Notes under the pieces: generated by a model
What the model was told of the DNA's origin: nothing
The model's database searches: none
The model's input: the letters and a program-made list of their open reading frames with translations, nothing else
Translations under genes and position numbers: made by a program
Shown here: one piece after another, positions 56,849-64,000 of the stretch
Layout of the letters: each line of letters starts with the position of its first letter
How positions within the stretch are numbered: the first letter of the stretch is position 1
DNA from: Chitinophagaceae bacterium
GTDB lineage: Bacteria; Bacteroidota; Bacteroidia; Chitinophagales; Chitinophagaceae
Assembly (NCBI GenBank): GCA_046262255.1
Contig: JBHENB010000005.1
Coordinates: 350 to 64,349, forward strand
Reading direction: 5' to 3'
Length of the DNA stretch: 64,000 nt

Positions 56849-58956
56849 TAATTCAATAAAATAGTTACTGTTTGATTGTTTGTGACCGGAGTGCCGGGAG
56901 CAATAGTTTGTGTAACTACTTTTCCTTTTCCTTTAGCTACTACTTTTAACTTTCTGGTTTCTAAAATGTATAAGGCATCTTTTAAACTCATATTCATCAA
57001 ATGAGGCATTGTAGTTTTAGAATAAAAATTGGCTTTTACAACAGGCTCCTGATAACTTGTTGTCATCCTACTCCATTGACTTCTTGCTGAAGAATCTTTG
57101 TAGTGCACTTGTAAAAAATTCAACACATTTTTTATATCCGTTGTACTTCCGGTGTAGGTATACAGCAAGCTATCCTGAACAGTTTGTAATGGTGTACTCT
57201 TTTTCTTCTGTACATACAAAGCATATAATTTATCCGCTACTTCCTTAAATACCGGTGCCGCTAACTGACCGCCATAATGTAAAGGAGCATGTGGTTTTGT
57301 TTTGATCAAAACGATACAGGAATATTCGGGCTGGTCAGCCGGGAAGTACCCTACAAAAGACGCCTGGTACACACCGTCATGATACTTCACATTGCCACCT
57401 GCTACGTGTGCAGTGCCCGTTTTGCCGGCAACAGAGTAAGGCGATCCTTCAAAAACTCTTTTTGCAGTGCCTTCCGTAACTACGGCTTCCATACATTGCC
57501 GGGCTGCTGCCACTACACCCGATTTGCAAATATTTTCTTCTATAACGGTGGGAGTAAATTCCTGAAGGGTTACCCCATTATTTTTAATACTATTTACCAG
57601 GTATGGCTGCATCTGCTTTCCATTGTTGGCTATAGCATTATAAAGCATCAATGTGTGCAATGGGCTTACTTCAATAGCATAGCCAAAACTCATAGTCACC
57701 ATTGCATGTAAACCTTCTGTATTACGCTTCCATTTTGGTAAAACAGGCATCTCTTCACCAACTAGTCCAACACCGGTTCTTTTATTTAGCCCAAAGCGAT
57801 GCAGATACTTTTTAAACTCGTCCGGCTCACTTGCAAAAGCTTTATACGCCAGTTTGCTCATGCCTACATTGGAGCTGTGTGCAAAACATTCTTTAACTGT
57901 TAATATTGGTTTTGGTGAACGCTCCGCATCTGTAACATTACGTACTCCTACATATGCATTACCTCTGGAGCCTACTTCTACTTCGTCATCTACTTTGCTG
58001 TTTCCTGATTCCAATACAGCAAGTAAAGTGGCCAGTTTCATAGTAGAACCTGGTTCTGTCGTCTGTAAAGCATAATTTAAGCTTTCATCATATTCACCAT
58101 TAGCATTCCTTCCGAGGTTCGCAATAGCTTTAATTTTTCCAGTTTTGGTTTCCATCACGATGCAGGTGCCGTATTGAGATTCGCTCTGCACCATCATTTT
58201 CATCAGTGCATTTTCTGCAATGTCCTGTATGTTCACATCCAGTGTGGTATTAATGTCTTTTCCATTTTCCGGTTCAATTTCATATCCTTCAACAGGAACA
58301 TAAGCACCGCCGGAAATAAATCGAACCAAACGCTTACCTGTAGTACCTTTTAATAATGTATCATAGGTTCTTTCCAGCCCCACATTCTGAGCATTCTCCC
58401 TGGAAAGACCAATAGTTCTTCTTGCCAATAATCCAAATGGATTTAGCCTTTTGCTTTTAACTTCTGCAATAACTCCGCTTTGATTGCGCCCTAATCTTGC
58501 TAAAGGAAATTCTCTGAAAACTTTATACTGTTCAAATGAAAGGCCTTTTCTGAGTAAGTAATAACGACTTTTTGCCGTGTAGCCTTTATTGAGGTCTCTT
58601 TTATACTCAGCAACAGTTTTATCATTAAAATAATTGGCAAGCGCAAGTGCAAATGAGTCAACATTTTTTTTAAACCTGCGGCCGTTTTTGTCTCTTAACC
58701 CTTCTGCAGCAAAGTCTATGTAAATATCAAAATAAGGAATTGATGTGCTAAGCATTTGTCCATCCTCGCTGTAAATAGTACCACGCTCTGCATCCAATTC
58801 TATAAATTTTTGATGCATACTGTCGCTCATATTACGCCAGTGCTCACCCTGAAACTTTTGAATGTAAAATGCCCTTCCTAAAACAAAAAAACTCAATAAA
58901 ACAATTCCAATAAAACTCAGGTACACCCTCCATAATATGTCACGTTTTATTTCCAT
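56848..58956 (-). CDS. ftsI: Penicillin-binding protein 3 (FtsI) with PASTA domain
   Basis: STMK (SxxK), SSN (SxN) and KTG motifs; C-terminal PASTA. Confidence 0.95.
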   Translation of the reverse strand: MEIKRDILWRVYLSFIGIVLLSFFVLGRAFYIQKFQGEHWRNMSDSMHQKFIELDAERGTIYSEDGQMLSTSIPYFDIYIDFAAEGLRDKNGRRFKKNVDSFALALANYFNDKTVAEYKRDLNKGYTAKSRYYLLRKGLSFEQYKVFREFPLARLGRNQSGVIAEVKSKRLNPFGLLARRTIGLSRENAQNVGLERTYDTLLKGTTGKRLVRFISGGAYVPVEGYEIEPENGKDINTTLDVNIQDIAENALMKMMVQSESQYGTCIVMETKTGKIKAIANLGRNANGEYDESLNYALQTTEPGSTMKLATLLAVLESGNSKVDDEVEVGSRGNAYVGVRNVTDAERSPKPILTVKECFAHSSNVGMSKLAYKAFASEPDEFKKYLHRFGLNKRTGVGLVGEEMPVLPKWKRNTEGLHAMVTMSFGYAIEVSPLHTLMLYNAIANNGKQMQPYLVNSIKNNGVTLQEFTPTVIEENICKSGVVAAARQCMEAVVTEGTAKRVFEGSPYSVAGKTGTAHVAGGNVKYHDGVYQASFVGYFPADQPEYSCIVLIKTKPHAPLHYGGQLAAPVFKEVADKLYALYVQKKKSTPLQTVQDSLLYTYTGSTTDIKNVLNFLQVHYKDSSARSQWSRMTTSYQEPVVKANFYSKTTMPHLMNMSLKDALYILETRKLKVVAKGKGKVVTQTIAPGTPVTNNQTVTILLN

Positions 58957-58965
58957 TGGAGTTGC

Positions 58966-59307
58966 TTATTTTGAATTTATATAATTATTGTCCAGTAATA
59001 CTACCGGTGCTGTGGTTAGCTCCTTTAAACCCAATGGCTCAACAGCTTTAATTAATTCACTTTGCTTGCTTCTGAACAGCGCATCTCCTTTAACCATTTT
59101 ATACTCGTACTGCAGCTCTTTTAATTCTTTGGAAGTTCTTGCAATGTCCCTGCTAAACCGGTCTGCGTAATGACCGTTATAGATGTAAAGTATTGCCAGC
59201 AATGCCAGGAATAAAAAGAAGGGAATTTGTTCAACAATTGACTGATAGTTCAGTACCCTTTTCCATCGGGAATGCAATTCTTTTTCATTTTTAGCAGTTG
59301 TAATCAT
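58966..59307 (-). CDS. ftsL: FtsL-like cell division protein
   Basis: TM helix plus coiled coil, located between rsmH and ftsI. Confidence 0.85.
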   Translation of the reverse strand: MITTAKNEKELHSRWKRVLNYQSIVEQIPFFLFLALLAILYIYNGHYADRFSRDIARTSKELKELQYEYKMVKGDALFRSKQSELIKAVEPLGLKELTTAPVVLLDNNYINSK

Positions 59308-59352
59308 TACAGTTGTTAAGGTTAATCAAAGAATATTGAGATTTTCATTCGT

Positions 59353-60354
59353 TCATAACTTTTCAGCTAATCGCAGTTTTGCACTGCGGGATCTTGGATT
59401 TTTGGTTTTTTCTTGTTCTGTAGCTTCAATGGGTTTTTTATTAATTGCTTTCATAGGGTTGGATATTTTCTGGTTTTCAAAAGGATTATCATTTTGTATA
59501 TTGAAAGTTCCATCTCGGAAGAACCTTTTTACAAGTCTGTCTTCCAACGAGTGAAACGTAGTTATAGCTACTCTGCCGCCTGATTTTAGCACCTGTGGAA
59601 TTTGTTCCAGTAAATCTTTTAAAGCTCCCAGTTCATCATTAACTTCTATTCTCAACGCCTGAAATACCTGTGCAAAATATTTGTTCGGATTTCCTTTTAC
59701 CACGTAATGCACTGTCCTTTTAAATGCATCAATTGTTTGCAGTGGTTCGACCTGCCGGGCTTCTACAATTTTTTTTGCAAGTGTTTTAGCATTGGTTACT
59801 TCACCATATTGTTCAAACATTTTATGCAATTGTTGCTCTGTATAATTTTGAACCACCTCAAAAGCAGTAGTTGTTTGCCGCTGATCCATTCTCATATCCA
59901 GCTTAGCGTTGAACCGGGTAGAAAAACCCCGGTTGCTTTCATCTAACTGATGGCTGCTCACACCTAAATCCGCAAGTATTCCATCTACTTCATTTATCCC
60001 GTACAACTGCAAAAAGCGCTTCACATAACGGAAGTTGTGCGGTACAAACAACACGCGATCATCGTCTGGTATATTTTGTTTTGCATCTTCGTCCTGGTCA
60101 AAAGCTATTAATCGTCCATTAATATTTAACTTTTTTAGAATTGCTTTACTATGTCCTCCGCCGCCGAATGTGCAATCCACATAAATACCTTCTGGTTTAA
60201 TATTTAGTCCTTCCAGCACCTCATTTAACAGAACCGGAATATGGTATCTGGTAGTTAGAGATTTGTCCGAAAGGCTTGACCTTTGCAGGAAATTGGCCCC
60301 CATAACTCCTTTTGGAGAAAAGTGAGAACGTGACTTCTCCTTTTTCTTTTTCAT
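59353..60354 (-). CDS. rsmH: 16S rRNA m4C1402 methyltransferase with N-terminal extension
   Basis: HIPVLL, DCTFGGGGHS, DLGVSSHQ, FHSLEDR and NPRSRSAKLR motifs. Confidence 0.97.
   Translation of the reverse strand: MKKKKEKSRSHFSPKGVMGANFLQRSSLSDKSLTTRYHIPVLLNEVLEGLNIKPEGIYVDCTFGGGGHSKAILKKLNINGRLIAFDQDEDAKQNIPDDDRVLFVPHNFRYVKRFLQLYGINEVDGILADLGVSSHQLDESNRGFSTRFNAKLDMRMDQRQTTTAFEVVQNYTEQQLHKMFEQYGEVTNAKTLAKKIVEARQVEPLQTIDAFKRTVHYVVKGNPNKYFAQVFQALRIEVNDELGALKDLLEQIPQVLKSGGRVAITTFHSLEDRLVKRFFRDGTFNIQNDNPFENQKISNPMKAINKKPIEATEQEKTKNPRSRSAKLRLAEKL
60295..60320 (-). repeat. Degenerate right-end palindrome in the rsmH N-terminal extension (SPKGVMGA)
   Basis: Minus strand CTCC-aaaa-GGAG-TTATGGGGGCC, compare metG right end TCCCCC-ttcg-GGGGGA-CTTAGGGGGGCT. 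Confidence 0.6.
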
Positions 60355-60355
60355 T

Positions 60356-60817
60356 TTAATCGTAGTTAGACTTACCTACCATTACCGTTTGCGCTAAGGC
60401 ACTAAAATCTTCAGGTGAATAGTTTTCAAAGAACTTCTGATATTTTTTTGTATCCCATATCTCTATTTTATTAACCCCTGCCACCAGCACAATATCTCTT
60501 TCCAGACTTGCATAGCTTTTAAGATTTTGAGGAACCAGTATTCTGCCCGCAACGTCTGGCTCAACTTCTATTGCTCCATTCAAAAAAATTCTGGTAAACT
60601 CTCTTACTTTTGGATCAAATTGATTTAAGGTGCTTATCTGGTCGTAAAGTGGTTGCCAGCTTTGAATGGGGTAAAGGCTCAGGCATTTTTCAAAACCTCT
60701 GTTCATAACAAAACGGAGATTTTCCTGTTCGGGCAGTTGCCTTTTAAATCCTGCTGGTAAAAGAAAGCGTCCCTTTGCATCCAGAGTAGCTTCAAATTCT
60801 CCAAGAAAGCCTATCAT
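60356..60817 (-). CDS. mraZ: Transcriptional regulator MraZ
   Basis: LDAKGRFLLP and DVAGRILVP motifs; ATG at 60817. Confidence 0.96.
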   Translation of the reverse strand: MIGFLGEFEATLDAKGRFLLPAGFKRQLPEQENLRFVMNRGFEKCLSLYPIQSWQPLYDQISTLNQFDPKVREFTRIFLNGAIEVEPDVAGRILVPQNLKSYASLERDIVLVAGVNKIEIWDTKKYQKFFENYSPEDFSALAQTVMVGKSNYD

Positions 60818-60850
60818 TATGAATGAATTACGAGGTTTGTGGCTTAAAGT

Positions 60851-60880
60851 GACACAAATTAACACTTTTTACCACTTTTG
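60851..60880 (-). promoter_or_regulatory. Putative MraZ-binding direct repeats
   Basis: Minus strand AAAGTGGTAA-AAAGTGTTAA-TTTGTGTC, GTG cores at 10-nt period upstream of mraZ. Confidence 0.6.
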
Positions 60881-60996
60881 TATTTTTTTCTTTAGCTTTT
60901 CTTTTTCCACAACCCGGATATTATCACGTAAGTCATGCCTGCTCTGCTTTTTCTTACTTCAGAATAAAAATTTAAATCGTTTTAACCTTAATGCGA

Positions 60997-61025
60997 TGTG
61001 GATTGCTGTGGATTTCTGTGGATAA
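60997..61025 (+). promoter_or_regulatory. Three TGTGGA repeats at 10-nt period including a perfect DnaA box
   Basis: TGTGGATTG, TGTGGATTT and TGTGGATAA (= TTATCCACA on the minus strand). Confidence 0.55.
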
Positions 61026-61030
61026 CCGTC

Positions 61031-62269
61031 ATGAAAAACCACTTGCAAAATATTTCCATTAAAGAATACAATTATGATTTATCACCACATTCTATTGCTA
61101 AGCATCCGACATCAGAAAGGGATGAATCCAGATTATTGATTTTCAGAAAAGGGAGAATTGAGGAAGATATATTCCAGAATTTAGATGATCATTTGCCTGC
61201 AGGCGCCACTTTGGTGTTGAACAATACTAAAGTAATTGAAGCGAGAATATTTTTTGCGAAACCTACTCGTGGTATTATCGAGATCTTCTGTCTGGCCCCT
61301 TACGAACCGTCAGAAATAGATGCGGCTATGCAACAGTCAGGTAAAGTAAAATGGAAGTGTTTGATTGGTGGTGCTTCAAAATGGAAACGAGGGCAATTAT
61401 TAAAAAAAACGATTTTTCTGGATAAGCCTGTTGCATTGGCGGCACGGTTTATTGAAAAGCACCATGAAGATTCTGTAATTGAGTTCAGTTGGAATACGGA
61501 ACATCCTTTTGCAGAGGTGTTACATGCAGCAGGAGTAGTTCCTTTACCACCTTATATTAAGAGAAGTGTTGAAGTTTCTGACTCATACAGATATCAGACA
61601 ATTTTTGCTAAACTACAAGGTTCAGTAGCAGCACCTACAGCAGCATTACATTTTACAGAACGTGTTTTTATAAAATTATCTCATAAAAATATTTGTTGCG
61701 AGTATTTAACGTTGCATGTAGGTTCAGGAACATTTAAACCCGTAAAGTCCGCAACTATTGCAGAGCATTCCATGCATGCGGAAACATTTACTGTTTCTTT
61801 AAAAACTTTAAAAACTTTAGCAGGTGCAAATGAAATAATAGCAGTAGGAACTACTTCTCTACGCACCCTGGAAAGTTTACATTGGCTTGGAGTAAAATTT
61901 CGGCTAAATAAATCATCCTTTGATTACGCACTGCACCAGTGGGAGGCTTACGAGTTAGCCCATCATAATATCACTTTTACCGAAAGCCTAAATACACTTG
62001 TACAATTTATGGAGCAAACAAACCAGGATCAAATTTCTTGTCGTACCAGCCTTATGATTATACCCGGCTATTCGTTTAAATCTGCAAGAGGATTAATAAC
62101 CAACTTTCACCAGCCAAAATCTACGTTATTGCTACTGGTAGCAGCTTTTATTGGAGAAGACCAGCCTACCGGTCAGGCAGGTTGGAAAGAAATATACAAT
62201 TATGCATTGCAAAACAACTACCGCTTTTTAAGTTATGGCGATAGCAGCCTGTTGTGGAGAAACTTTTGA
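61031..62269 (+). CDS. queA: S-adenosylmethionine:tRNA ribosyltransferase-isomerase
   Basis: LVLNNTKVI, PLPPYIKR, YQTIFA, AAPTAALHF, TNFHQPKSTL and FLSYGDS motifs; probable ATG at 61031. Confidence 0.96.
   Translation: MKNHLQNISIKEYNYDLSPHSIAKHPTSERDESRLLIFRKGRIEEDIFQNLDDHLPAGATLVLNNTKVIEARIFFAKPTRGIIEIFCLAPYEPSEIDAAMQQSGKVKWKCLIGGASKWKRGQLLKKTIFLDKPVALAARFIEKHHEDSVIEFSWNTEHPFAEVLHAAGVVPLPPYIKRSVEVSDSYRYQTIFAKLQGSVAAPTAALHFTERVFIKLSHKNICCEYLTLHVGSGTFKPVKSATIAEHSMHAETFTVSLKTLKTLAGANEIIAVGTTSLRTLESLHWLGVKFRLNKSSFDYALHQWEAYELAHHNITFTESLNTLVQFMEQTNQDQISCRTSLMIIPGYSFKSARGLITNFHQPKSTLLLLVAAFIGEDQPTGQAGWKEIYNYALQNNYRFLSYGDSSLLWRNF
62162..62182 (+). repeat. 21-nt palindromic in-frame insert in queA (QPTGQAG)
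   Basis: CAGCCTACCGGTCAGGCAGGT between GED and WKEIY; imperfect CCT.CC...GGCAGG palindrome. Confidence 0.65.
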
Positions 62270-62380
62270 TAGTTGACAGTTTTGGCAGCTGATACCTCAT
62301 TAAATCGTACATCTAAAATGGTACTGCAGTTGGCAGTGATGGATGACAGTACATATACATCTACATCTACAATTGCACAA

Positions 62381-63706
62381 TTACTTCAATGGAAGTTCTA
62401 TGGTAAAGCTGCTGCCTTTACCTAAAGTACTGTCTGCCTTAATACTTCCATCATGTGCTTCTACAACTGTTTTAACATAACTCAACCCAAGTCCAAACCC
62501 TTTAACGTTATGAATATTGCCTGTGTGTGCCCTGTAAAATTTTTCAAATATTCTTTTTAAGGTTTCTCTATTCATGCCTATTCCATTATCTTCTATACGA
62601 AAAATAAATTTTTTGTTGCTGGAAAATGTGGTGATACATATTTTTGGAGGCAAGTTTTCCCTTGAATACTTTACTGCATTATCCATTAAATTATTAACGA
62701 GATTAGAAAAATGAACCTCATCAGCTTGTATCAGGTCATTGGAAGCATTCAATGATAATTCAAGCGATCCCTGTTTTTCCTGTAACCGCAGAAGAAAGTT
62801 ATCAGCAACATCCTGTATTATTTCATGCGCATGCATATCTTTCAGATTTAACTGAACTTCCTGCCGGTCCATTAATGCAGATTTTAAAATAGTTTCCACC
62901 TGGCGATTCATTCTCTGGTTCTCTTCTTTAATGATAGTGCTGAAATAAGACATTTTTTGCCGGTCATTAATCACCTTCTCATTTTTTAAAGCATCCACTG
63001 CAAGAGAAATTGTAGCTATAGGTGTTTTAAATTCGTGCGTCATATTATTAATAAAATCATTTTTTATTTCGCTCATCTTTTTTTGGCGCAGCATGGTACG
63101 TACAGTTAAAAAGAATGCTGTAAAAATCACCAGAGTGAAAATAATGGCAATAAGAATATTGGGTCGCAAACCTTTAACAACAATATTTTTAGGGATAATA
63201 ATCGTCAGCACTTCATCAACTGCAAGGTTTTCTGCAGCGCTGCCACTTGGAGGAGTCAACACAGAATGAAACGGATCATAATGCGTTGAATCTACATCCC
63301 ACATTGCAAAATTTGCAGATTGTCTTTGATATTCTAATACTCCGTTTCTAACTGTTGCCAATCCAAATTCAAATGGAACATCTTCAAGCCCCTGTGTTAA
63401 AAATGCCTGATGAACTTTTTCATTAAGCTCCTGTGCAGTAAAACGTTGTGCTACACTGTGTGGCTTCAAATACTCTAAAGTAAAATCATCGCCAAAAGAC
63501 GGAAAGCCCTTACCTGGTGTTGCAGTTGAAGATCCTTTATACTGAGCCAGTTCCTCACCCACCATTTCAGTAGCATTCCTCACTCGTTGTCTTACCTGGT
63601 CTTCCCTCAATAAAAGCATGTTTTTGAGCCAGGAGATTTGAATGAAAATAATGCCAATAAGAGACACTGTTACCAGTATGAGAATTATAGGAAAAATTCG
63701 TTTCAC
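62381..63706 (-). CDS. Membrane sensor histidine kinase
   Basis: THEFKTP (H box), NLMDNAVKYS (N), DNGIG (G1), IFEKFYR (F) and GFGLGL (G2) motifs; two TM helices. Confidence 0.95.
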   Translation of the reverse strand: MKRIFPIILILVTVSLIGIIFIQISWLKNMLLLREDQVRQRVRNATEMVGEELAQYKGSSTATPGKGFPSFGDDFTLEYLKPHSVAQRFTAQELNEKVHQAFLTQGLEDVPFEFGLATVRNGVLEYQRQSANFAMWDVDSTHYDPFHSVLTPPSGSAAENLAVDEVLTIIIPKNIVVKGLRPNILIAIIFTLVIFTAFFLTVRTMLRQKKMSEIKNDFINNMTHEFKTPIATISLAVDALKNEKVINDRQKMSYFSTIIKEENQRMNRQVETILKSALMDRQEVQLNLKDMHAHEIIQDVADNFLLRLQEKQGSLELSLNASNDLIQADEVHFSNLVNNLMDNAVKYSRENLPPKICITTFSSNKKFIFRIEDNGIGMNRETLKRIFEKFYRAHTGNIHNVKGFGLGLSYVKTVVEAHDGSIKADSTLGKGSSFTIELPLK

Positions 63707-63783
63707 AACTTAATTAAAAGGTGGTTACAAAAATATTGCGCAGTAATCAATAACTATGGCATAAGTTTATTATCAGGAAAAAT

Positions 63784-63802
63784 TCAGGTATTACATACCT
63801 GA
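63784..63802. promoter_or_regulatory. Palindrome in divergent promoter region
   Basis: TCAGGTA-ttaca-TACCTGA perfect 7-bp inverted repeat; possible regulator site. Confidence 0.35.
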
Positions 63803-63823
63803 TTTAACTATACGTTTAAATAT

Positions 63824-64000
63824 ATGAAAGAACCGGCACCAGGAGTACTTTTAATTGCAGACCCTTTTTTAAAGGATCCAAACTTTATGCGCACAGTGGT
63901 TTTTTTAGCGGAACATCGCGAAGAAGGTACTGTAGGATTTGTATTAAACCGCCAATATGAGAATACATTGGATGAGTTGATCCCGGAGATTGCAGGATTT
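63824..64000 (+). CDS. YqgE/AlgH-family protein, 5' part (runs off window end)
   Basis: Manual translation: MKEPAPGVLLIADPFLKDPNFMRTVVFLAEHREEGTVGFVLNR... Confidence 0.88.
   Translation, partial: MKEPAPGVLLIADPFLKDPNFMRTVVFLAEHREEGTVGFVLNRQYENTLDELIPEIAGF

Noticed and set aside
44296-60817. Absence of murF, murB and ddl from the dcw cluster as a novelty
   Set aside because: These genes are commonly located elsewhere in Bacteroidota.

Overview
Chromosomal window from a Bacteroidota genome, most likely Chitinophagaceae (inferred from protein families, TAnnTTTG-type promoters and general lack of Shine-Dalgarno motifs). It is mostly housekeeping: glyA, uvrA, dsbD, purQ, kup, metG, a FadN-like beta-oxidation gene, the mraZ-rsmH-ftsL-ftsI-murE-mraY-murD-ftsW-murG-murC-ftsQ-ftsA-ftsZ cluster, queA and a histidine kinase. 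A small accessory patch at 9.4-12.1 kb holds an orphan phage/eCIS tail-tube gene, a DUF488 pseudogene and a HEPN-MNT pair. The most striking signal is a ~520-nt in-frame insertion in metG that encodes a DUF559 (Vsr-like) endonuclease domain. It is bounded by GC-rich hairpin ends with a terminal inverted repeat and has no intein signature. Degenerate copies of the same left and right ends, without the nuclease, recur in or beside at least five other genes or intergenic regions (fadN-like x3, uvrA, rsmH, upstream of glyA, downstream of the sugar nucleotidyltransferase). This suggests a nuclease-carrying palindromic element with non-autonomous, frame-preserving derivatives that remodel host proteins. 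Other palindromic and heptamer repeats also sit in coding frames (queA, fadN-like, metG). No rRNA, tRNA or CRISPR array was recognised. All calls come from reading motifs; no database search was run.
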